Source: a phage
Reading direction: 5' to 3' (one strand)
Length of the DNA: 64,000 nt
Sequence record: PZ445448.1
In this document: in pieces, positions 1 to 9,471 of the stretch
Position numbering within the stretch: position 1 is the stretch's first letter
Layout of the letters: every line of letters starts with the position of its first letter
The notes under the pieces: model-generated
What the model was told of the DNA's origin: nothing
Databases searched by the model: none
What the model saw: only the letters and a program-made list of their open reading frames with translations
Program-made: the position numbers and the translations under genes

Positions 1-98
1 TGTATCCAGCTCCAGACTTTATTCTTGCATTTCCTCCGTGCACGCATTTAGCGGTATCAGGTGCTGCACATTTTAAGAAAAAGCTGGCTAAGGATCCT

Positions 99-539
99 TT
101 GATCCAAATTAATGCTGTAAAGGATGCTCGGGTTGCGGAAGAGTTGGGAGAGATTTACGATTGCCCGTGGCATGTAGAGAATCCTGTAGGGGTTATGTCC
201 ACACTGTGGCGAAAACCTGATTACCGTTTTCATCCTTCGGATTATGGTGGGTATTTACCGGAGGATGATGTAAACCCCTGGTTTCCTGAATTTATAGCTC
301 CACGTGATGCCTATCCAAAAATAACTTGCGGCTGGATAGGCAATGGATTTATAATCCCGGCCACAAAACCTGTCCCGCAAATAGTTGACGCGGTTAGCGG
401 GTATTCCATGCAACACGCCAAGCTGGGTGGAAAGAGTGCAAGAACGAAGATGATCCGAAGCCTCACGCCACGTGGCTGGGCAAAAGCCGTATTCTTAGCA
501 AACGAGCCTGTAGTAAGGAGCAGAATTAATGGGAAGTAA
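99..539 (+). CDS. hypothetical protein
   Basis: 146-aa ORF ending 11 nt into primase-helicase start; no recognisable motif; may extend upstream of window. Confidence 0.35.
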   Translation: MIQINAVKDARVAEELGEIYDCPWHVENPVGVMSTLWRKPDYRFHPSDYGGYLPEDDVNPWFPEFIAPRDAYPKITCGWIGNGFIIPATKPVPQIVDAVSGYSMQHAKLGGKSARTKMIRSLTPRGWAKAVFLANEPVVRSRINGK

Positions 540-2607
540 ATTTATGGCATCTGCATACAACCGTTTCGGTGAGCCAAACCCGAAAGCAACTAAGTATAAA
601 AGTGGGGGAAGTGTGAAACGAGACTATCGTGATGAAAAAGAGGTTGAAACTGTAGAGACTGTTTTAGAAAATACTAAAATTGTCCCTGTCCCACAACAAA
701 ATATCGGTCTGATGGCTGCACAATATTTTGGTGTGCGATCAGCATTGTCACAAGAAGACGGTGTGACAGTCACTGCAACATATTTCCCATATTACGACCG
801 CTACGGAAATCTGTCCGGTTTCAAAAAGCGTGACTGGACTATTCCTAAAGAACAAAGGGGCCACTTCTCCGTTGTTGGCATCGTAAAGGCCAACTCCCAG
901 ATGTTTGGTCAAAAGCTGTGTGCATCTTCCAACAACCGTAAGCAGATTAACGTTTGTGAGGGAGAAGGTGATGTTATTGCAGCATGGCAGGCTGCATATC
1001 AGATACAAGTAAAAGGGATTCTCACCAACGCTAAAGCCCCGGCAAAGGTGAAGCAGTGGGCTAAAGAGGTCCAGGACGGGATCGACGCAGTTATCAACGG
1101 TGGTGATCTGGCAGGAAAACCCTGCCTGCCTTTTGTTGGAATTAACTGTGGATGTGCAAACGCAGTAGATACTTTTGCAAACAATGAGAAGTTTATCCGT
1201 AGCTATGGAACAGTTGTGCTGGCAATGGATAACGATGCAGCTAACGAGGTAGAGAAGCAAAAACACGTCATTAAAGGTGTTGAGGCCACGCACAATATCG
1301 CAGCATTTTTGATGGCTGATAACGTTTACCACGTAGAATACCCTGGTGAAGTAAATGACCCTGACGGGGTAAAAGATATCCGTGACATGCTGAAGGCTAA
1401 AAAGCTGGAAGATATTGTCAACATGTTCCGGCACCCTGTTAAATATGTGCCTGATGCTGTGTCGGATTTAGAAGACTTCTCTATCGAGTCTTTGCGGAAA
1501 AAGACTTCCAACGGGGTAGATATCAGCGCAGAGTTCCCAAAACTGCAAAAAATGCTAAAAGGCTTGCACAAAGGGACACTCGTAATGCTTACAGGGCCAT
1601 CAGGGGGCGGTAAAACAACTGTAGCTAAAAAACTGGAACATTGTATTGCAAGATACCTAATGGACCCGACATGCCCGAAGGCTGATGACTATGAAGAGGA
1701 TGATCGTCTATGTATGATCCATCTTGAGGAGGACCCAGAGGAAGCAATTAACTCCTTGTATGCAAACCAGTTAGGGTTTGATGTTAAAGAGTTTGTTGAA
1801 GATCCTAGCCAGTTTTTAACTGATCAAGAACACGCAGAGATTCACCAATCATGGGCAAAAGCTGGAAAAATCAAAGTGTTCAAACATTTCGGATCTATTC
1901 CGGTGGACGAGTTGATTACCAAGCTTAAGCAAATGGTTTGCCTGTACCATTGCCGTTATATTGTGCTGGATCACCTGTCCATGGTAATTTCAGGGCTTAA
2001 TGTTAAGGATGAGCGAAAAGAACTGGACATGGCTATGACTCAGCTGGCTGCGTTTTGTAAGCAGTTTAACGTGTTTATCTTGGTGATCGCTCACCTCAAA
2101 CGTACAGAGATTGTGCCTCCTAAGGACAAGGATGGTAACCCGTTACCTTTCTGGTATCCTGTGCGAAAAGAGAATTTGCGAGGATCGGCGGGGCTTGAAC
2201 AGTTGAGTTGGGTAGTCATAGGTGTCGAGGCCGAAGAAATGGTGGATCGTTCTCGTGGACGTGTCCGTCTGGTAGGTCTTAAAAACCGTCCAGCAAAAAC
2301 TCTAGGTATTGCTGACACTTTGGTTATGGACCCGCACACAGGTAAGTTCCATGATGCCAGTAATTGGTACTGGGACAAAGAAATGCAAATGTTTACAGAC
2401 GGAGAAGGTGGGGAGGTTGTTTGGAGACCTCAGGCTATGTTTGAGGATCAGGAGCATGCAGTTGTAGAAACACCTATGGGCAAGGTTGTGGCTGATAAGG
2501 TTGTAACTCCTACTGTTAAGCCTGTTGACACGCAGGAAGACCTCCAGTACGATGATCCATCCTCTGACCCGGTCCCTGGTTTTGAGGATGATGAAACGCC
2601 TTTTTAA
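529..2607 (+). CDS. DNA primase-helicase (TOPRIM + DnaB/T7 gp4-like helicase)
   Basis: TOPRIM-like CEGEGD and MDNDAANE; Walker A GPSGGGKTT; Walker B IVLDHLS; acidic C-terminus ending ...EDDETPF. Confidence 0.8.
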   Translation: MGSKFMASAYNRFGEPNPKATKYKSGGSVKRDYRDEKEVETVETVLENTKIVPVPQQNIGLMAAQYFGVRSALSQEDGVTVTATYFPYYDRYGNLSGFKKRDWTIPKEQRGHFSVVGIVKANSQMFGQKLCASSNNRKQINVCEGEGDVIAAWQAAYQIQVKGILTNAKAPAKVKQWAKEVQDGIDAVINGGDLAGKPCLPFVGINCGCANAVDTFANNEKFIRSYGTVVLAMDNDAANEVEKQKHVIKGVEATHNIAAFLMADNVYHVEYPGEVNDPDGVKDIRDMLKAKKLEDIVNMFRHPVKYVPDAVSDLEDFSIESLRKKTSNGVDISAEFPKLQKMLKGLHKGTLVMLTGPSGGGKTTVAKKLEHCIARYLMDPTCPKADDYEEDDRLCMIHLEEDPEEAINSLYANQLGFDVKEFVEDPSQFLTDQEHAEIHQSWAKAGKIKVFKHFGSIPVDELITKLKQMVCLYHCRYIVLDHLSMVISGLNVKDERKELDMAMTQLAAFCKQFNVFILVIAHLKRTEIVPPKDKDGNPLPFWYPVRKENLRGSAGLEQLSWVVIGVEAEEMVDRSRGRVRLVGLKNRPAKTLGIADTLVMDPHTGKFHDASNWYWDKEMQMFTDGEGGEVVWRPQAMFEDQEHAVVETPMGKVVADKVVTPTVKPVDTQEDLQYDDPSSDPVPGFEDDETPF

Positions 2608-2669
2608 TGTTTAACAAAGAGTGGGAGGGGTAGTACAACCGCCTCCCCTTTAAGGAGAACGTTTATACT

Positions 2670-5093
2670 ATGAGTATGTGGAATTTTGACTTTGAGGCCT
2701 CAGGTCTTCTGGACGAGGAAGATCTTTACTACCATTGTGGCCTGTTTAAAGAGTTGAATAAAAATAATTTTATGTTGTTTTTGCCTATCAATGATAGATC
2801 TCATTACAGTGAAGAGGAGGTTGAAAAAGCAAAACAATTTATGCTGGCAAAGCAAGATATCTATCCTAGCTGCTCTGTCCGTATTGCGGATTTCAGCCAG
2901 CTTGAATGGTGGTTAACCGGGAACTCCGATTGGTCACCCACATCATTAAGTTGTCACAACTGTTTTAGTTATGACTTTATCTTGATGGAGAAGCTGTCTG
3001 GTATTCATTTTGATATGTTCCGTGATCCCAAGTGTATGGGGACAATCAATAATCATCAGGTGAACCTGTTCGACACTCTGCCAATGAGTCGTATACTATG
3101 GCCCGACAGACCGTTACCTAAAGGATGCCCTGATTCTGTATACAATCCTGTTACAAAACGTATGCAGCAGGTAGGTCCTCATGGCCTAATGGCGTGGGGG
3201 TACGCTTTAGGAAACCAGAAGGTTAAAATTGATGACTGGAGAAATTTACCTCTGTGGAAGTATGTTGATCGTGTATTCGAGGACGTTATCATCCAGGAGC
3301 TGCTCTGGAAAGAGCTGGTAGCGGAATCAAAAGGTGTATTCTACGGCAAATCTGACATGCAGAACTTTATGTACGATCCAGCCAAAGAGAAGCCGAAAGG
3401 GTTCAAGAAGATTACCTGGAAGAATGCATTACGCCGAGGCATGCTGCAGCATTTCCTGATGGAGCTGCAGGCTCGACAGGGTGTGTATTTCGACATAGAT
3501 GGGGCTATTGCTTTACGTGACCGCTGCGATGCGTGGATGAAAGAGATCGCTGATCGTGTTGAACCACAACTTCCTTTAAAAGAGTTATCAATGTCTCAGC
3601 GGCCTAAGTTCCCTGAAAAGCCGTTTAACCAGGATGGGACAATCTCCAATAATGGTTGGAAATGGTTAAAAGACAAGCTTGGCTACCCTGTGGACATGAG
3701 TGCTTTAGAATTCAAAGCTCCTCCTAAGCGAGCATTTACCTCCACAGGAGATGTCAGTAAGATGGGGATAAAATGGTGTGAAGAGATGGGCTGTAAAGAC
3801 CCTGATAAGATGGCGGATTTCTTGAGGGGCTATATCAAGGGCACCTCCACACCACAACCTTTACCTAAAGAGCTAATGGATCAGGCAATAAGTGATCTAC
3901 AGCAGAAGCGAATGCCTGACTGCAAGATACCTATGAAAATCAGCAATCAGGACGATATTAAGCGATACCTGATCAGTGCTGGTTGGCTTCCGACAATGTG
4001 GAGAACTAAGGATGTAACTAAAGACAGCAAGAAGAAAGCTCTACCTGATGCAGATGTTGATGCACGAGTGTATGCATATATGGACGAGCTTTTAGAGTCA
4101 GAGTATTGTGACCTAATTATCAACTTCTGGAACAAAACTGATGCTAAGTTCCAGACAACCGTGCACAAGTTCCGAAGCTTTCCTAACTCCGAAAGGATTA
4201 AAAAGGAAGTATTCGGGAAAATACGTAGAAAAGCTAGGGCACTTATTACTTCTCCGCAACTGAAAGATACGTTTGGACACCTATGCCCGAATCTTGAAAA
4301 ATTGAACGGAGAGATGGCTAAAGATATCGTCTTGTGGTTATCATTGCGAAACCGCAGATCGGTCCTTGATCCAATCAAGGAGGATAAGGTTGATACTGGT
4401 CTTCTTAATCACCCACGTTTGAAGATTGACCATAAGCTTCCTGCTAAAAGTTCTGGATTAACAAACACTTCCCGACAGAAACATAGTATTTGTGCAAACA
4501 TGCCTAAACCATCTCCTAAAGTGGTTATGGGTAAAGAGATGCGTAGTCTGTGGGGTGTTCCTCCAGGATACTTTGAGATCGGTATTGACGGGTCCAACTT
4601 AGAGCAGCTTATCGGGGCTTGGGGTGCCTTTGAGTTCGACAACGGCCTGTATTACGATGTTGTAAGTAACGGGGACGCACACCAAAACAATGCTGAGGCA
4701 TATACAAAAGTAGCAGGTAGAGAGGTGTCTCGTAACGACGGTAAACCTATCACGTATGGGGTTATGTATGGGGCACAAAAAGATAAAGTTGCAGATATGC
4801 TGGACATCTCTCCAGAGTTGGGACAAAGGGTAATCGATGCACTCTGGGATGCCAACCCTGGTCTTAAGGGGCGTAAAGAAGATCTGGAGAAATTCTGGGA
4901 AGCAACGGGTAAGAAGTTTATCTACTCTTTTGATGGTCATGCTATCTGGACCCGATCTAAACACTCTTTACTTAATGCATACCAACAAAATGGCGGCGCA
5001 TCGTTGTGTGACTTAGTTGGGATACTCATGCACCATCAAATGGTGAAGCGTGGGTGGTACGATGAAGGTGTTCGTCGTATTATCTATTACCAT
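2670..5093 (+). CDS. DNA polymerase, family A, exon 1 (3'-5' exo + polymerase motifs, ends before motif C)
   Basis: N-terminal FDFEASGL (DnaQ-like Exo I); motif B-like KPITYGVMYGAQ; ORF stops one codon after ...RRIIYYH; SD aaggag upstream. Confidence 0.8.
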
Positions 5094-5935
5094 AAATAAC
5101 ATTGTGGCTTCGTGCAGTGATGCACGTCGAAAACCTCTTTAATTGACGGGAAGGCTAAGTTGACTTTTACACCTAAACATGGTAAAAGCTCAATATGCTA
5201 ATCCGCAGCGAAGACTAAAGGGGTGTAGTTAAAATGGCTAGATCAGTTGAGTATCACGGATATACCGTGTTTGATGATGGAACAATACCTTTATCGAAAC
5301 GTGATCATACAACAATGTTTTGTTTTGATAATGGTCGAGGTTACCTTTGCGTAACCATGTTCATCGAGGGGAAGCAGTGCACAAAAGGTGTCCACCACTT
5401 GGTTGCTGAATGCTTTGTATCAAACCCTGATCCTGAAAGGCTCACATGGGTGAACCATAAGGACGGAAACAAATACAACAATGCATACTGGAACCTTGAA
5501 TGGACCACCCCTGGTGGAAATATCAAACACGCTTATGATAATGACCTCAGAGTAAGGCCAGTCGGTGAGTATAATGCCAACGCTGTACTGACCGAGGATG
5601 AGGTAACGGAGATTTGCGAACTGTTACAAAGTGGTTTACGACAATGCGAGATTAGGGATCTTGGGTATCCTTATGAGACGGTCAGAGCCATAAAGCAAAG
5701 AAGACAGTGGAAACATATCTCTAAAAACTACACCTGGTAGTAACGTTCAGAGACTATCGAAAGCATAGCGCCAACATAAATTGGTGCGAAGAAGCGAGTA
5801 GAGTAGACCAGCAAGTGCGGTCGAAATGGGAGGTGCCTTGGTAACAAGGTAGTGAGATAGTCCGATCCATACAGGAAACTGTATGGCTGTGCACGTAATG
5901 GTGCGGGGTAGCTTAACGACCTACCTGAACTATTG
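5094..5935 (+). mobile_element. putative group I intron with HNH homing endonuclease ORF, inserted at polymerase motif C
   Basis: Exon ends in U (5093), insert ends in G (5935); GACUA and UAGUC strings in 3' part; flanking ORFs rejoin in frame as YYH|DEYQ. Confidence 0.6.
5234..5740 (+). CDS. HNH homing endonuclease
   Basis: HHLVAECF...VNHKDGNKYNNAYWNLEW HNH motif; lies inside the insert splitting the polymerase gene. Confidence 0.75.
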   Translation: MARSVEYHGYTVFDDGTIPLSKRDHTTMFCFDNGRGYLCVTMFIEGKQCTKGVHHLVAECFVSNPDPERLTWVNHKDGNKYNNAYWNLEWTTPGGNIKHAYDNDLRVRPVGEYNANAVLTEDEVTEICELLQSGLRQCEIRDLGYPYETVRAIKQRRQWKHISKNYTW

Positions 5936-6289
5936 GATGAGTACCAACTTCAAGTCCCTGACACACCGAAGTATAAGACTGTGTACACCTTCGACACAAT
6001 CGAAGAACTGGAAGCATTTAAGGCAGAGCAGGAGGCCAAACTTCATGTGTTCGACGGTCATAAGTACAAAAAGGCACGCAAGGATGAGGACGGAAACGAA
6101 GTGGTTGACAGAGACGGAAACACGGTGTACGATCCTATCCTGAACGATGACGGAAAGCTTGAACTTATCTGGAGCCCTGTGGGTGAAATGGTGGTGCATT
6201 GCTTCTGGCAAGCTTCTAAAATGATGGGCGTCCCGTTCCAGATCACGGGTGAATACCTGTGTGGTCGTAATTGGGGTGATTGTCACTAA
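5936..6289 (+). CDS. DNA polymerase, family A, exon 2 (motif C to C-terminus)
   Basis: Begins DEYQ (completing HDE motif C after splice), ends ...GRNWGDCH like T7 polymerase C-terminus; no ATG or SD of its own. Confidence 0.65.
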   Translation, partial: DEYQLQVPDTPKYKTVYTFDTIEELEAFKAEQEAKLHVFDGHKYKKARKDEDGNEVVDRDGNTVYDPILNDDGKLELIWSPVGEMVVHCFWQASKMMGVPFQITGEYLCGRNWGDCH

Positions 6290-6338
6290 TGTAAACTATC
6301 AACACATGGAAGTGTTGTTGAGCAAAGAGGAGACTTTT

Positions 6339-6623
6339 ATGGTAGTAGAACCAACAAAAACATTTACATCCATGACTATCCCTGTTATTATGCAGGTGGA
6401 GTGTGTTCAGGTATCTCAAGTGTGGCCAGGCACTAAAATCCCAACAGGGCCTGATTTCTTTCAGGTTGGGAAAGTGTACAATGTCTGGAAGGCACCAGAT
6501 TGTCACCCTTTCATTAAAGATGACCGTGGGATGCTGTGGTATCTTGGAAATGACTTGACACTGCACCTTGGGAATGCTATTATTGCAGTATTCAGACTTA
6601 ACAAGAAGGAGACCGATCAATGA
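6339..6623 (+). CDS. hypothetical protein
   Basis: ATG with SD aaagaggag 6 nt upstream; longer track ORF 6249.. overlaps polymerase exon 2. Confidence 0.4.
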   Translation: MVVEPTKTFTSMTIPVIMQVECVQVSQVWPGTKIPTGPDFFQVGKVYNVWKAPDCHPFIKDDRGMLWYLGNDLTLHLGNAIIAVFRLNKKETDQ

Positions 6624-6847
6624 CGACTTTGGTTAAAGCCACCTTTGTAGAAGAAAAGATGACAGACATGTCATTCTTTAAAGAAGGAAAGACCTACGAG
6701 GTTTATTACGATAAAGCTCGTGCAAACAAAATGATTAAAGACGAGGAAGGGGTTGACTGGTATATCTCTCACCTGGCAAACGGTGAGTATCATATCTACG
6801 GAACCACTTTGCTTGCCAAGTTTGTAGTTGTTGAAGAGGACCTATGA
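6620..6847 (+). CDS. hypothetical protein
   Basis: 75-aa ORF, ATGA start/stop overlap with upstream gene. Confidence 0.5.
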   Translation: MTTLVKATFVEEKMTDMSFFKEGKTYEVYYDKARANKMIKDEEGVDWYISHLANGEYHIYGTTLLAKFVVVEEDL

Positions 6848-7038
6848 AAGTAAAGTATCTTGCTGAAGGTATGAATAGGTATTTTACCCTTGGTGAAGAA
6901 TATTGGCCCTTTACAAACAACGGCGATGTCTACGTGAAAGATAATTTCGGCACGCCGTGGTTTCTGCACTCTAATGGGCTGGGATACTCCATTTACTGCG
7001 GTGCAGTGAACAACACAACTCTTGCAGAGTTCGTTTAG
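6844..7038 (+). CDS. hypothetical protein
   Basis: 64-aa ORF, overlapping-stop coupling. Confidence 0.45.
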   Translation: MKVKYLAEGMNRYFTLGEEYWPFTNNGDVYVKDNFGTPWFLHSNGLGYSIYCGAVNNTTLAEFV

Positions 7039-7048
7039 AGGAGGTAGG

Positions 7049-7420
7049 ATGTTAGTAAAAGGTACCCACACAGTCAAACAACGTATTGAAGTTGAGATTG
7101 ATGATTGTGAGCTGAAGCATATTTTACGGTCATGCTCCAACGTTTTGCTCCTTAGTATTCTTCAGGAGCGAGCGGAGAACGAGTTCTTAAATGCATTGGC
7201 AGGCCGTCCCGGTGACTTCTGTGTGCGTAAGCGTGGTGACAACAAGTCGTGGTTGTGGGAGATCGATGCCGACTGGGATTACCACAAAAATGAGGGTATA
7301 GATGAGCCTATTCGTGAACTGACGGACAAAGAGATTCAGATGTACAATGAAGTTTGTCATTGGGCAACACGCCAACAAATTTACCTAGACCCTGTGTGGC
7401 TGATTGAAAATAGTCGTTGA
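7049..7420 (+). CDS. hypothetical protein
   Basis: Start moved to ATG 7049 preceded by gaggaggtagg SD. Confidence 0.5.
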   Translation: MLVKGTHTVKQRIEVEIDDCELKHILRSCSNVLLLSILQERAENEFLNALAGRPGDFCVRKRGDNKSWLWEIDADWDYHKNEGIDEPIRELTDKEIQMYNEVCHWATRQQIYLDPVWLIENSR

Positions 7421-7445
7421 CAAGAAGTAAGGTTAGATGTAAGAT
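7417..7445 (+). promoter_or_regulatory. sigma70-like promoter
   Basis: TTGACA-17 bp-TAAGAT upstream of gene 7497. Confidence 0.45.
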
Positions 7446-7496
7446 ACTCCTCACAAACAGAGTATTGATTGTTAAATAATTAAGGAGACCTCTAAG

Positions 7497-7751
7497 ATGA
7501 AAATCATGTTGAAACCAGAATGCGTTGCAAACGACCGAGCTTTTAAAGATTGCACACTTGGCGCTACTTATGAAGCAGAGTTTTGTGAGAACCCTTTGGT
7601 AAAAGCCCTTTTGGAAGAAGGGGCCCCTCTATCACAAGAAGAGCTTGATGAGCTGGAAAACTCAGCACAGTGCCTTACCTTTAAAGATGATGAAGGAGAC
7701 TCTGTCTGGTGCACTGTTAACGAAGTAGTTTTTGTAAAAACTGAACATTAA
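7497..7751 (+). CDS. hypothetical protein, paralog of 7815..8075
   Basis: Shares AFKDCT and DDEGD..WCT motifs with the next gene; SD aaggaga. Confidence 0.55.
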   Translation: MKIMLKPECVANDRAFKDCTLGATYEAEFCENPLVKALLEEGAPLSQEELDELENSAQCLTFKDDEGDSVWCTVNEVVFVKTEH

Positions 7752-7754
7752 TAC

Positions 7755-7783
7755 TTGACAACAGCGATAGGACCTAATACAAT
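7755..7783 (+). promoter_or_regulatory. sigma70-like promoter
   Basis: TTGACA-17 bp-TACAAT, overlapping GGACC...GGTCC hairpin. Confidence 0.45.
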
Positions 7784-7814
7784 GGTCCTATCAAAACGAA
7801 AGGGGACCACAGCA

Positions 7815-8075
7815 ATGACCAAACAATATCAACGAATTAAAGCCAAGGTTAAGCCAGACTATCTAGAGAAGGACTCTGCTTTTCGGGACTGCACAGCTGA
7901 CAAAGTTTACACAGGGGCCGTCCTGTTGAACGATAAACTTGAAGTAGATGTGCTGGGTAAAGAGGCCGTTATCGAGGATGACAACGGTGACTGTGTTTTC
8001 TGCACCACACGAGAGCTAGAAGTCTTAGAATATTTCGGTGAAATCTTCAACTCCTTAGACGACGAGGAAGCGTGA
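7815..8075 (+). CDS. hypothetical protein, paralog of 7497..7751
   Basis: Start set at ATG after aaggggacc SD; AFRDCT and DDNGDCVFCT motifs. Confidence 0.5.
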   Translation: MTKQYQRIKAKVKPDYLEKDSAFRDCTADKVYTGAVLLNDKLEVDVLGKEAVIEDDNGDCVFCTTRELEVLEYFGEIFNSLDDEEA

Positions 8076-8464
8076 TGAAAAATATTTGGGATATCGATAT
8101 CTTTGAAGCCTCTAAGCTTGACGGTGCTGATGGAGTGATTATGGTGTCTGATGGCAAGGCAACACTAACTTCCGGAGATATCATCTATGCCTTGGACGAG
8201 CTGGCGCTTCTGAAATCTACCGGTAACACTTTGGAGGAGCGTCTTCAAGGATTCGCTTTCAAAGAAGGTACAAATACAGCCATGATGTGCACCACACGGA
8301 CAGTTCAGGTTGGTAACGGTGTCTATATGATTATTGCTGTGTGTCCTAAATTCAGCAACGTCAACAAAGATGATGCTGACGCGGTCAACGATGTGGTTGT
8401 TCTCTTCGTGGGTGACGCTATGGCAGATCTGATGAATGCAGGAGAAGCAGCAAATGAAGACTGA
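8072..8464 (+). CDS. hypothetical protein
   Basis: 130-aa ORF, ATGA overlap with upstream gene. Confidence 0.5.
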   Translation: MMKNIWDIDIFEASKLDGADGVIMVSDGKATLTSGDIIYALDELALLKSTGNTLEERLQGFAFKEGTNTAMMCTTRTVQVGNGVYMIIAVCPKFSNVNKDDADAVNDVVVLFVGDAMADLMNAGEAANED

Positions 8465-8756
8465 AAACATCACCCCAGCAGGGTTCTTAAAAGTATACCG
8501 TGAACTGCTATATACTACAGAGGACAGTGTTCTAGAGTATCCAGAATATCTTTTGCTGTATAAGTATCTGCAGGAGGCTGGTGAAAATCTGCCAGTTAGT
8601 GCAGAAGGTGGTCCAAACTGGATATACAGCGCATGGAGAAAGGTTGACATTCTCCCAGACCCAGGTAAAGATATGGTAGTTTGGCAGCTTATCAACAACA
8701 TCGGGATTCCAATCTTTGATGAAGCTGTTAAAATCTATTTTGAACTTGACGATTAA
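8454..8756 (+). CDS. hypothetical protein
   Basis: Internal ATG 8454 overlapping previous stop. Confidence 0.45.
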   Translation: MKTENITPAGFLKVYRELLYTTEDSVLEYPEYLLLYKYLQEAGENLPVSAEGGPNWIYSAWRKVDILPDPGKDMVVWQLINNIGIPIFDEAVKIYFELDD

Positions 8757-8773
8757 TATCAGGAGACCTTAAG

Positions 8774-9019
8774 ATGACTGAAGCAGTTGCTCGCGCAGGA
8801 CAGAAAGTACGTTGTGTTGAAGTAGGTTTTGGTGGCAAAGGGTGTCAAAACTTGACTCAAGGCAAGGAATATGCTGTTATCTCTGGTGGTGGCGACGAAA
8901 GTATTGTGTTCGAGGGCCACATCCTGGATGCTGAAAACTTTGAAATCTTTGACGACGATGGGGATCCGATCACCTGCCTGCTGGACGGGAATTGGGGAAC
9001 TTTCGAAGTGATTGGCTAA
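8774..9019 (+). CDS. hypothetical protein
   Basis: 81-aa ORF with SD aggagac; DDDGDPITC motif echoes 7497/7815 family. Confidence 0.5.
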   Translation: MTEAVARAGQKVRCVEVGFGGKGCQNLTQGKEYAVISGGGDESIVFEGHILDAENFEIFDDDGDPITCLLDGNWGTFEVIG

Positions 9020-9102
9020 CAAATACCTATTGTAATTTACAGAAGGGGATGCTAAAATAGTGTCTCCTTCTATGTTGTTCAAATAAAATCGGAGATTCCA
9101 TA

Positions 9103-9471
9103 ATGGAACAAATGAACGATCAAGAGTCGGTTGCGATGAACGAGCAAGAACAACCTCAAGAATTTTTCTTAGGGTTAAGTAAAGATCAAGTGTCTCTTTT
9201 GCTAGTGCTTTCTTCTTTCATGGGAAGACTTCAGGAGCTCACACAACAACCGGAGGCTGAACAATTATTTCAGGCTCTGCGTGAAGAAGAAAAATATCGT
9301 CGTTTGGACTATGCCTTAGGTTGGGTAGCTCAACAACGAGATATGCTGATGGCCCTCTCTGGGACCACAAGTTTTGCAATGGGCCTGTTGGCTCAAGTTC
9401 AGGACAAATTAATTCAAGCAGGGTTTGCACACACGGCAAACACTAACGAAGAACAAGGAGACAAAGAATGA
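9103..9471 (+). CDS. hypothetical protein
   Basis: 122-aa ORF; SD ggagattcc. Confidence 0.5.
   Translation: MEQMNDQESVAMNEQEQPQEFFLGLSKDQVSLLLVLSSFMGRLQELTQQPEAEQLFQALREEEKYRRLDYALGWVAQQRDMLMALSGTTSFAMGLLAQVQDKLIQAGFAHTANTNEEQGDKE

Noticed and set aside
748-2378. Minus-strand ORFs 748..1434, 999..1184, 1326..1571, 2091..2378
   Set aside because: Lie antisense inside the well-supported primase-helicase gene; composition looks like shadow ORFs
3947-4964. Minus-strand ORFs inside the DNA polymerase gene
   Set aside because: Antisense to a gene with clear polymerase motifs; no SD or motifs
5883-6143. Plus ORF 5883..6143 (86 aa)
   Set aside because: Different frame overlapping intron 3' end and polymerase exon 2; R/S/T/C-rich junk-like sequence
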